Translations under genes and position numbers: made by a program
Shown: positions 14,325-22,144 of the stretch, piece by piece
Layout of the letters: each line of letters starts with the position of its first letter
Position numbering within the stretch: the first letter of the stretch is position 1
Notes under the pieces: model-generated
What the model was told of the DNA's origin: nothing
Database searches by the model: none
The model's input: only the letters and a program-made list of their open reading frames with translations
From: Bellilinea caldifistulae
GTDB lineage: Bacteria > Chloroflexota > Anaerolineae > Anaerolineales > Anaerolineaceae
NCBI RefSeq assembly: GCF_001306055.1
Contig: NZ_LGHJ01000010.1
Coordinates: 60,001 to 92,000, forward strand
Reading direction: 5' to 3'
DNA: 32,000 nucleotides

Positions 14325-16136
14325 TTGATGAATAAGCGTCTCAAATCAGTGGACCGCGCTGTTGTAATCATTCTCCTGGCTGGTTTCATCGGTATGCTGG
14401 GGTTGGAATTAATACTCAAAAATCAGCCGGCGGACTGGGGTTTTTGGATACCGGCAGTGCTGCTTGCGGCAGCAATTTCCTGGCTTTTGGCGGATTGGTG
14501 GATGGGGCGGAAACAGAAGGAGATGCTGGAATCACGCTTGCAGGATACCCGTCAAGTGGGTAGCGCTTTAGAACGCCGCCTGCACGGCATGCTGCGGTTA
14601 AATCAAGTGTGGTTAGAGGCGCAAACCGAGAAGGAATTGATTGAACGTTCCCTCTCTATCATCAGCGAAATGACCGGCGCAGTTGGGGTTTCCTTCATGC
14701 CGTTTGACGAATGGGGACAACCGCTGAATGCCCTGACGCACGGGGCTTACCCTGCGCCGGTGTTGAAGGCCTGGGCAGAACACTTAAGCGAGCCGCGTGT
14801 GCGTAACCGTTGCCGCGTCTGCCAGAAGTTAGAGACAACTGTCGGCGAATCCTGTCCGCTGCTGGAAGCGCCTTTCGATCAATCGGTACGGATTTACTGC
14901 CTGCCTTTGCAACGGGAAACTCAAACCCTGGCTATGTTAAATATCTACCTGCCACCCAGCCAGCGATTAGACAGCGAGATGCATGAATTTCTCACGACTT
15001 TGCTGCGCGAGATGCTTTCGGCATTGGAAGTCATTCGCTTGAAAACGCAGGAGCAGGCCGCCTTACGCCAGCTTCACTTTCCTCAGGTCACGCATTCCTC
15101 CATTGAAAACTACGCTCAAAACTTACTGGATCGTCTATGTGCGGTTTTGGGTTTTAGCGCAGCCCGTCTGGAAGTCAAACCATCCCTGCCGCATTTTCGG
15201 GGAATGCAACTGATGACGGGTAAAGATGCGTGGATACAATCCCAAGCGGCAGACGATTGGATGCGAGAAATGCTGAATACCGTTCGAGCGGCAGACTGTG
15301 TCCTTCGAGACGTTTCTGTCGCTGATGAGAGAGTTGTAGTGGCTCTGCCTTGCTGTCTGCCGGGGGACGTGGTGATTGGGGTGGCGCTGTTCATCAGCCG
15401 CTCGGCTCAACCCGTCTCGGACGAAACGCGTGAATTACTGAGGATCATTGCTACGCAACTGGCAATGCTGGTTGAAAGCGAACGGCTTCAGCAGGAGCGG
15501 GAATATCGGGTTGTGTTACAGGAACGCATTCGGCTGGCGCGAGAGATTCATGATAGTCTGGCCCAAACACTGGCTTACCTTAAATTGACCGTGGCTCAAA
15601 TGCAAACGCAACTGGCACATGGAGAGTTACAGCGCCTTGAACAGATGATCCATCAGTCCCATCAGGCTCTGGCAGATGCTTATCTGGAAACCCGTCAGGT
15701 CATAGACAGTTTGAGATTGAGTCCGGGTGAAGATATGATTCTCTGGCTGGAACCACTTTCCCGCGAATTTGAAAAAAATAGTGGTATGCGGGTCGAACGT
15801 CTCTTCCAGGCCGGACTGCCGAAAATTGAGCCTGAGGTTCAGGCGCAGTTATTAAGAATTGTGCAAGAAGCCCTCAGTAATGTGCGTAAGCATTCGCAGG
15901 CAAGTCAGGTTCGCATTGAAGTGCGTAACTGGAAAGGCGTGCTGATATTGGAAATCAGCGATAATGGGGTGGGATTCAGCGCCGAGGATGTACCCGAATT
16001 CTCGCGGCATGGTTTGCGCGGCATGCGCGAAAGGGCTGAATTAATCGGCGCAGACTTTCAGGTAATCAGTAAACCTCAGGCAGGGACGACCATCCGAGTT
16101 CACTTACCCTTAAAGCAAGAGGAAGCCCCGGTATGA
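14325..16136 (+). CDS. Sensor histidine kinase, NarL-partner type (2 TM, GAF-like regions, HisKA_3, HATPase_c)
   Basis: Two N-terminal TM helices are joined by a loop of only about 6 residues. The cytoplasmic region is long (about 300 aa) and GAF-like. H-box REIHDSLAQTLAYL, N-box EALSNVRKH, G-boxes DNGVGF and GLRGMRERAELIGA. Confidence 0.9.
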   Translation: MMNKRLKSVDRAVVIILLAGFIGMLGLELILKNQPADWGFWIPAVLLAAAISWLLADWWMGRKQKEMLESRLQDTRQVGSALERRLHGMLRLNQVWLEAQTEKELIERSLSIISEMTGAVGVSFMPFDEWGQPLNALTHGAYPAPVLKAWAEHLSEPRVRNRCRVCQKLETTVGESCPLLEAPFDQSVRIYCLPLQRETQTLAMLNIYLPPSQRLDSEMHEFLTTLLREMLSALEVIRLKTQEQAALRQLHFPQVTHSSIENYAQNLLDRLCAVLGFSAARLEVKPSLPHFRGMQLMTGKDAWIQSQAADDWMREMLNTVRAADCVLRDVSVADERVVVALPCCLPGDVVIGVALFISRSAQPVSDETRELLRIIATQLAMLVESERLQQEREYRVVLQERIRLAREIHDSLAQTLAYLKLTVAQMQTQLAHGELQRLEQMIHQSHQALADAYLETRQVIDSLRLSPGEDMILWLEPLSREFEKNSGMRVERLFQAGLPKIEPEVQAQLLRIVQEALSNVRKHSQASQVRIEVRNWKGVLILEISDNGVGFSAEDVPEFSRHGLRGMRERAELIGADFQVISKPQAGTTIRVHLPLKQEEAPV

Positions 16137-16789
16137 CTGTTTTTCCCGTACGATTGGTTGTCGTAGATGATCATGCGCTCTTTCGACGCGGGCTGATCGG
16201 CCTGATTAATGATTTGCCCGGTTTTCAGGTAGTCGGCGAAGCCGGCAACGGACGAGAAGCGTTGCAAGTCATTCAGCAGGAAAAACCGGATGTGGTCCTG
16301 CTGGATGTGAATATGCCGGAGATGGACGGCATTCAGACGGTGGATCAAATTCGCCGGATGAATCTGCCGGTGCGCGTATTGATGCTGACCATCTCGGAAG
16401 AGCAAGACGATTTACTTTCGGCTATCCGCTTGGGGGCGGATGGATATCTGCTCAAAAATATTGAGCCGGAGGATTTGCGTAAAGCCATTTTGCGGGTTGC
16501 CGAAGGGGATGGGGCGCTTTCCCCGGAAGTTACCGGGATTGTCCTGCGCGCGTTAGCGCAGCAGGGGGAAATCAAATCTCAACCGTTGTTGAGCGACCGC
16601 GAACTGGAAGTTCTGGATTGTCTGGCTGCCGGTCAAACCACCAGTCAAATTGCGGCTCATTTATTTATCTCAGAAAACACGGTTAAAACTCATGTGCGCC
16701 ACATTCTCGAAAAATTAGAAGCCTCCAACCGCACCGAAGCCGTCAGTAAGGGATTGCAATTGGGGTTAATTCATAAAAAAGACGGATGA
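16133..16789 (+). CDS. Response regulator, NarL/FixJ family (REC + LuxR-type HTH)
   Basis: VVVDDH, DVVLLDVNMPEMDG, VLMLT and GADGYLLK are present. The HTH is LSDRELEVLDCLAAGQTTSQIAAHLFISENTVKTHVRHILEKL. The junction with the kinase gene is an ATGA overlap. Confidence 0.92.
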   Translation: MTVFPVRLVVVDDHALFRRGLIGLINDLPGFQVVGEAGNGREALQVIQQEKPDVVLLDVNMPEMDGIQTVDQIRRMNLPVRVLMLTISEEQDDLLSAIRLGADGYLLKNIEPEDLRKAILRVAEGDGALSPEVTGIVLRALAQQGEIKSQPLLSDRELEVLDCLAAGQTTSQIAAHLFISENTVKTHVRHILEKLEASNRTEAVSKGLQLGLIHKKDG

Positions 16790-16840
16790 GCGGGTGAGCT
16801 GAAAATCACCCTAACAGAAAATTGATTTTAACCTGTAAAA

Positions 16841-16875
16841 AATTGTCCGAGTGTAGAAAATCGGACAATTTTTGT
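16841..16875 (+). terminator. Rho-independent terminator after the two-component operon
   Basis: A perfect 10-bp stem aattgtccga (16841-16850) / tcggacaatt (16861-16870) with a 10-nt loop, then TTTGTG. Confidence 0.7.
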
Positions 16876-16923
16876 GTAAATTATACGTGGGTATTTTTGG
16901 GAGTTGAATTTTCGGGAATTTAT

Positions 16924-18342
16924 ATGAATCCGGAAACGAATGCGCCTTATCAGCGAGTCTTAATTGCTTCAGCCAATCCACTCTTCGGACAGGGATTGGA
17001 AAAAATGATTCAGCGCCAGTGGAAAAATCCACAACTGGAAATCCGGCGGGTGGCTTCCAACGAAGCCGTCCTCAGTGAGATGCAAAACTGGTTGCCGGAT
17101 CTGATCATTCTGGACTATGACGACAAAGCCATTTCCCGCGCTGAATTTTTACAGGAATTTGTAGCCGGCGATCAACCCATGCAGGTTATGCTGGTGTCTT
17201 TGAAATCCAGCGGGGCGGTGGTGGTATATGACCGGCGCACCCTGACGCCTGCCCAGGCCGAAGATTGGTTGAATTTACCAAAGTTTTCGCAAACCACCAG
17301 CGAGTATCCCCCCAAACAGAGGAGATCATCTATGAAGCATTTTGTGATTGTTGGTGTTCTCATCGCTGCCTTTACTGCCTTGATTTACTTTCTTTTGAGC
17401 AATATCCCCTTGTTGCCGATTGCGGCCAGTGCGCAGGCGCAGCCTATTGACCAGTTGTTCAACCTGCACTTCTTCATGATCTCGTTGTTGTTCTCTTTGA
17501 TTGTCGTCTTTCTCGGTTACAGTCTGGTTGTTTTCCGCCATAAACCGGGAGAAGAAGAGGATGGTGCCTATATCAAGGGCAACAATCCACTTGAGATCAT
17601 CTGGACGGTCATACCGTTGGGAATCGTAATTTATTTTGCCTATTTGGGTTCGGTCTCACTGGCTGAAACACGCCGGGCTGATCCGCAAGCTCTTGAAATT
17701 AAAGTAGTGGCCGGGCAGTGGTTCTGGCGGTTTGAGTATCCTGATTACGGGATTGTCTCCAACACAATGGTAATGCCGGTTAACAAGCAGGCTCTGTTGA
17801 AACTGACCTCGCTGGATGTCATTCATTCTTTCTGGGTGCCGGAATTTCGGGTCAAGCAGGACACCTTGCCGGGAGAAAATCTGGTGCGTGAATTACGGTT
17901 AACCCCCACGGAGTTGGGAGAATTCAAGGTGCGTTGTGCCGAAATGTGCGGTACCTCCCACGCTTATATGGAGTCGCCGGTCAGGGTGGTTACGCAAGCC
18001 GAATTTGATCAGTGGGTGCAGGATCAACTGGCTGCCATCGGCACCGACCCGGTGGCACGTGGCGAGGTTTGGGCGCGGAATAATGGTTGCCTTTCCTGTC
18101 ATTCTGTGGACGGCTCCCCGAATGTCGGCCCAACCTGGAAAGGCCTGTACGGGCTTACCCACGAACTCACGGATGGCTCGGTAGTCACCGTGGATGATGA
18201 ATACTTGCTGACGGCGATCGTCAACCCGAATGCTCAGGTGCCGAAGGGTTTTGCACCGGGAGTGATGCCGCAGATCTACAAGGACACCATTCCGGAGCAG
18301 CAAATCCTGGAGATCATCGAATACATCAAGTCGCTCAAATAA
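16924..18342 (+). CDS. coxB: Cytochrome c oxidase subunit II (caa3 type, CuA + C-terminal heme c domain) with an in-frame N-terminal receiver-like domain
   Basis: CuA site HSFWVPEF...CAEMCGTSHAYM; heme c motif CLSCHS; three hydrophobic segments. The frame is open from ATG 16924, the first ATG after the terminator. Residues 1-136 resemble a NarL-type REC domain. The alternative internal start is ATG 17332 (MKHFVIVG), with GAGGAG 7 nt upstream. Confidence 0.8.
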   Translation: MNPETNAPYQRVLIASANPLFGQGLEKMIQRQWKNPQLEIRRVASNEAVLSEMQNWLPDLIILDYDDKAISRAEFLQEFVAGDQPMQVMLVSLKSSGAVVVYDRRTLTPAQAEDWLNLPKFSQTTSEYPPKQRRSSMKHFVIVGVLIAAFTALIYFLLSNIPLLPIAASAQAQPIDQLFNLHFFMISLLFSLIVVFLGYSLVVFRHKPGEEEDGAYIKGNNPLEIIWTVIPLGIVIYFAYLGSVSLAETRRADPQALEIKVVAGQWFWRFEYPDYGIVSNTMVMPVNKQALLKLTSLDVIHSFWVPEFRVKQDTLPGENLVRELRLTPTELGEFKVRCAEMCGTSHAYMESPVRVVTQAEFDQWVQDQLAAIGTDPVARGEVWARNNGCLSCHSVDGSPNVGPTWKGLYGLTHELTDGSVVTVDDEYLLTAIVNPNAQVPKGFAPGVMPQIYKDTIPEQQILEIIEYIKSLK

Positions 18343-18363
18343 TCAATGAGGAGAGGCAGACTT

Positions 18364-20211
18364 ATGAAAGGTATTTTTTCTTACGGAATTGTGAGGGGGC
18401 TGATTGGTCAGATCGTGGGCTGGGCAGCCGGCATTGGTCTGGTCACCGGAATCCGTGCCCTGATGGGGCTTGCCTACAAGGCTGAGCCGGCCTGGGTAGT
18501 GGGGGCGGCCTTCGGGGTCATTGGATTCTTGATCGGGATTGGGGCATTCCGAGACTGGTTTGCCTGGGCAAAGGGCGAAGAGACCCCTGATCCGGAGGAA
18601 ATTCAGGAAGAGCCGGGAGTTAAACGCTACTTTGGGTTCAGTCTGGATCACAAAGTCATTGGTGTTCAATATGCATTTCTTTCCCTCTTTCTGCTGGTGG
18701 TTGGAGGCTCATTTGCGCTCATCTTCCGTGTCGAGCTGGTGCAGACCGGCATGCAATGGGTTTCACTGAATTTCTTTAATACCCTGATCGGAATGCACGG
18801 CATGACGCTGATCGTTTCGATCCTGATGGGCATTTCGGCGATGTCAAACTACGCCGTGCCGCTTTTGATCGGTGCCAGAGACATGGCCTTCCCGCGCCTG
18901 AACGCTTTTTCTTTCTGGCTGGCGGTGCCGGCTTCGCTGGTGTTGGTGTCGGCAATTTTCACCGGCGGTTTTGATACGGGCTGGACCGGTTACCCGCCGC
19001 TCAGCCTTCGCGCCCCAATGGGAATGCAGATGTTCTTTGTGGCCGTGTTCTTCGCAGGATGGTCCTCCATTTTAGGGGCGTTGAATCTGATTGTGACCAT
19101 TTTGCGGATGCGTGCGCCCGGTATGAATATGTTCCGTATGCCGATTTTTGCATGGGCGACTTTGGCAACCTCCATCATCGCTTTAACGGCCACTCAATTG
19201 ATCGGTACTTCCTTCCAAATGGTCAGTTTTGAGCGTTTGTTCGGGATGGGATTTTTCGATGCTACCAAAGGCGGCAATCCCATTCTGTTCCAGCACCTGT
19301 TCTGGTTTTATTCTCATCCTGCAGTCTATATTTTCGTCCTGCCCGGTTTGGGAATCATCAGCGAATTGCTGCCGGTATTCGTGCGTAAACCCCTGTTTGG
19401 CTATAAATGGGTCGCCATGTCCTCGCTTGGGATTGCACTGGTGGGTTTTCTGGTGTGGGCGCACCACATGTTTACTTCCGGTATGGAGGAATATCTGCGC
19501 GTCCCGTTCATGTACTCAACCCTTCTGGTAGCTGTCCCCACCGGCATCAAGTTCTTCTCGTGGGTGGCGACCATGTGGATGGGACGCATTCGTTTTCAAG
19601 TCCCCATGCTTTTCCTTATCGGTGCGATCATCGTGTTCTTAATAGGCGGTTTGAGCGGTCCCCCGCTTGGAACCGTTTCGACCAATCTCCACATGCACGA
19701 CAGTTACTTTGTGGTCGGTCACTTCCACGCGACCATGTTTGGCGGTTTCATCTTTCCCTTGTTTGCTGCCGTCTATTACTGGTATCCCAAAGTGACTGGA
19801 CGGAAGATGAATGACCTGCTGGGAAAAATTCATTTCTATCTACTTACTCCGGGGTTCCTGATCATGTCCTTTGGGCAGATGCAGGTTGGACTGTTGGGAA
19901 TGCGCCGCCGTATTGCGGATTATGACCCGGCTCAGGGTTTTGAGACAGCTCATCTCATTATTACTATCGCGGGTTTCATGGTAGCCCTATCGGTGTTGAT
20001 TTTCCTGATCAACATGTTTGTCAGCGCCAAACGCGGTGAGGTGGTCACGGAGAATGTCTGGCAGTCTCGTTCACCGGAATGGACCGTGCTGCCCACGCCG
20101 GCACCGATGCACAATTATCCGCAGCCGATCCGGGTGGTGGGTGATCCGTATGATTACGGCTTGAAAGGTGCCCGCTATGTTGAAGTCTTGCCTCAGCAGG
20201 CGGGTGATTGA
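18364..20211 (+). CDS. ctaD: Cytochrome c oxidase subunit I (heme-copper oxidase, type A2)
   Basis: DHKVIGVQY, WAHHMF and VVGHFHATMFGG are present, along with the helix VI motif FYSHPAVY (Tyr-Ser in place of the type A1 Glu). The start is set at ATG 18364, with GAGGAGAGG upstream. The N-terminus carries a hydrophobic extension of about 70 aa. Confidence 0.92.
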   Translation: MKGIFSYGIVRGLIGQIVGWAAGIGLVTGIRALMGLAYKAEPAWVVGAAFGVIGFLIGIGAFRDWFAWAKGEETPDPEEIQEEPGVKRYFGFSLDHKVIGVQYAFLSLFLLVVGGSFALIFRVELVQTGMQWVSLNFFNTLIGMHGMTLIVSILMGISAMSNYAVPLLIGARDMAFPRLNAFSFWLAVPASLVLVSAIFTGGFDTGWTGYPPLSLRAPMGMQMFFVAVFFAGWSSILGALNLIVTILRMRAPGMNMFRMPIFAWATLATSIIALTATQLIGTSFQMVSFERLFGMGFFDATKGGNPILFQHLFWFYSHPAVYIFVLPGLGIISELLPVFVRKPLFGYKWVAMSSLGIALVGFLVWAHHMFTSGMEEYLRVPFMYSTLLVAVPTGIKFFSWVATMWMGRIRFQVPMLFLIGAIIVFLIGGLSGPPLGTVSTNLHMHDSYFVVGHFHATMFGGFIFPLFAAVYYWYPKVTGRKMNDLLGKIHFYLLTPGFLIMSFGQMQVGLLGMRRRIADYDPAQGFETAHLIITIAGFMVALSVLIFLINMFVSAKRGEVVTENVWQSRSPEWTVLPTPAPMHNYPQPIRVVGDPYDYGLKGARYVEVLPQQAGD

Positions 20212-20222
20212 GGAGGAGAATG

Positions 20223-20426
20223 ATGCAATCCACAAAAATTGATGAACTCAAACGCGGTGTACTGGTCTTTTTGGGATTGGCGGTTCTGACGGTAGTGGAA
20301 TACTACCTTGGTACCCATGAAGCCGCTCCAATTTTCCTTTGGGTTGTAGCGCTTTTAAAAGCCGGACTGGTGCTGGTTTACTTCATGCACATTGGGCGGG
20401 TTTTTCGCTCGGAAGGAGAACACTAA
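20223..20426 (+). CDS. Small two-TM cytochrome c oxidase subunit IV-like protein
   Basis: 67-68 aa with two hydrophobic helices (VLVFLGLAVLTVVEYYLG, IFLWVVALLKAGLVLVYFMH), as in prokaryotic subunit IV. AGGAGGAG (20211-20218) lies upstream; ATG 20220 is an alternative start. It sits between the subunit I and subunit III genes. Confidence 0.7.
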   Translation: MQSTKIDELKRGVLVFLGLAVLTVVEYYLGTHEAAPIFLWVVALLKAGLVLVYFMHIGRVFRSEGEH

Positions 20427-20996
20427 ATGACCGCGCCTGAAGCAGCCCTGACGACTTACCGACAAAAGCTAGCCAACAATCGGCTGGGTCTCTGGTTGTT
20501 TATCCTGTCCGACTCCTTTGTGTTTGCGGCGTTGCTGGTAACCCGCTTTTATCTGCTGGGTGACAAACGCCCGCATCTGGAGCAGGAATTGGGCTTGATT
20601 GTCACCTCTGTACTCCTGATCAGTTCGTTTTTTGCCAACCGGGCAGAAGTACAAATTTCCAAAGGCAACCGCAAAGGCTTTCTGACCAGCATCCTGATCA
20701 CCATGCTTTTGGGAATCGCCTTTCTGGTCGGTGTGGTCGGGTTTGAGTGGCGGCTGGCGCCGTTTGGCCCGGCCGATGGCGTGGAAGGCGCTGTCTTCTT
20801 CATGATGACCGGCATGCACGCCTTCCATGTACTGACGGGTGTCATCTTCTTGTTGATCGTCTTTCGCAATGGCTTGAAGGGACATTACAGCCCCGAAAAA
20901 CACTGGGCGGTTGAAGCCGCTGCTAACTACTGGCACTTTGTGGACGTGGTTTGGATTTTCTTCTACCCGGCCCTGTACCTGATTGGTTCACTTTGA
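20427..20996 (+). CDS. ctaE: Cytochrome c oxidase subunit III
   Basis: 189 aa with 5 TM segments. The C-terminal motif is YWHFVDVVWIFFYPALYL. GAAGGAGAA lies upstream. Confidence 0.88.
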   Translation: MTAPEAALTTYRQKLANNRLGLWLFILSDSFVFAALLVTRFYLLGDKRPHLEQELGLIVTSVLLISSFFANRAEVQISKGNRKGFLTSILITMLLGIAFLVGVVGFEWRLAPFGPADGVEGAVFFMMTGMHAFHVLTGVIFLLIVFRNGLKGHYSPEKHWAVEAAANYWHFVDVVWIFFYPALYLIGSL

Positions 20997-21015
20997 AAGA
21001 AAAGGAGCAGGAATA

Positions 21016-21615
21016 ATGCAGCGGACAATCTGGCTGATTGGGATGGCTGTTCTGGCTGGTTTAATCGCCGTGTGGCTGCTGGCCTTTGCTCAGCCGTATT
21101 CCTATCATGGGTCGTTGATTGAACCGCCGATGGCTGCCCCGCCGATTGAACTTACCCGTGCCGATGGATCACTCTACCGATTGAGTGATCAACGCGGAAA
21201 AGTTACGCTGCTTTTTTTTGGCTACACTACCTGCCCCGATTTTTGTCCGGCCACAATGGCCGAAATAAAGCGGGTCAAAGCCGATTTGTCCGCCTATGCG
21301 GATCGTTTGGATGTGGTCTTTATCACGGTGGATCCTCAGCGGGATAATCCGCAGCGGATTCAATCCTATGCGGCCGGTTTTGATCCGCAATTCATCGGTC
21401 TCTCCGGCAGTGAAGAGGAACTTTCGCCGATCTGGAAGGCTTATGGGGTCTACCGCAAGATTCAAGAGGGTCAAACGGCTTTGGGTTATCTGGTAGATCA
21501 TTCAACCCGTGTCTATTTGATTGACCCGGCTGGTAATCTGCGTCTGACTTTTGCCTATGGAACATCCCCAGAGGATATCGCCGCAGATATTCGTCAGGTG
21601 CTAAAGGAGAAGTAG
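21016..21615 (+). CDS. SCO1/SenC copper chaperone (thioredoxin fold)
   Basis: N-terminal TM anchor, CPDFCP (CxxxC) and a downstream His (VDHSTRVYLI). I trimmed the start to ATG 21016, with AAAGGAG upstream. Confidence 0.88.
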   Translation: MQRTIWLIGMAVLAGLIAVWLLAFAQPYSYHGSLIEPPMAAPPIELTRADGSLYRLSDQRGKVTLLFFGYTTCPDFCPATMAEIKRVKADLSAYADRLDVVFITVDPQRDNPQRIQSYAAGFDPQFIGLSGSEEELSPIWKAYGVYRKIQEGQTALGYLVDHSTRVYLIDPAGNLRLTFAYGTSPEDIAADIRQVLKEK

Positions 21616-21616
21616 G

Positions 21617-22138
21617 ATGTCCCCGGCGGTTCAGGCAGCTTTGCGGCGTTTGTGGTGGAGTTTGCTGATCAGTTCGATTTTTGCCTTCGTGGTCAGTGAA
21701 GTTTCCTATCAACTGGTCAAAGATCGCAGTGAGCGTCCGCCGCAAACGGTTGAAATTCTCATCCCGGCCGGCACTGCGGCAAAGATCGCCAATGGTGATG
21801 AAGGCCCCACCCTCCCGGAGATGCGGTTTGTGGAGGGTGACACTCTGCTTGTCCGCAATCTGGATGAGGTTTCTCATCAGTTGGGGCCGTTATGGGTATT
21901 GCCGGGTTCTTCCAGCCGGCTGACGCTTGACCGTCCCAGTCAGTACACCATGGAATGCAGTTTCCAGCAGTCCCGTTCATTAGGGATTGATGTGCTGCCC
22001 CGTGCCAAAACCTCCGATAGAATTTTTGGAATCATCTCGGTTGGGTTCCCGACCTGGATTTTACTCTGGCTTTATTGGCTGGTGGCAAAACCGCTGTCGG
22101 GCAGTGAAAATGAAAAGATGTTGAGCGAGGCTGGCTAA
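21617..22138 (+). CDS. Uncharacterised membrane protein (N- and C-terminal TM helices flanking a beta-rich domain of about 110 aa)
   Basis: 173 aa. AAGGAGAAG SD; it starts 1 nt after the SCO1 stop and ends 6 nt before the SURF1 start. I recognised no family by eye. Confidence 0.7.
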   Translation: MSPAVQAALRRLWWSLLISSIFAFVVSEVSYQLVKDRSERPPQTVEILIPAGTAAKIANGDEGPTLPEMRFVEGDTLLVRNLDEVSHQLGPLWVLPGSSSRLTLDRPSQYTMECSFQQSRSLGIDVLPRAKTSDRIFGIISVGFPTWILLWLYWLVAKPLSGSENEKMLSEAG

Positions 22139-22144
22139 ATTTTG

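Noticed and set aside
16822-16923. Upstream 34-codon extension of the coxB ORF (track start 16822)
   Set aside because: The extension contains the 10-bp perfect terminator hairpin of the response-regulator operon (16841-16875). Its start is not a plausible initiation site, so ATG 16924 is the first credible one.
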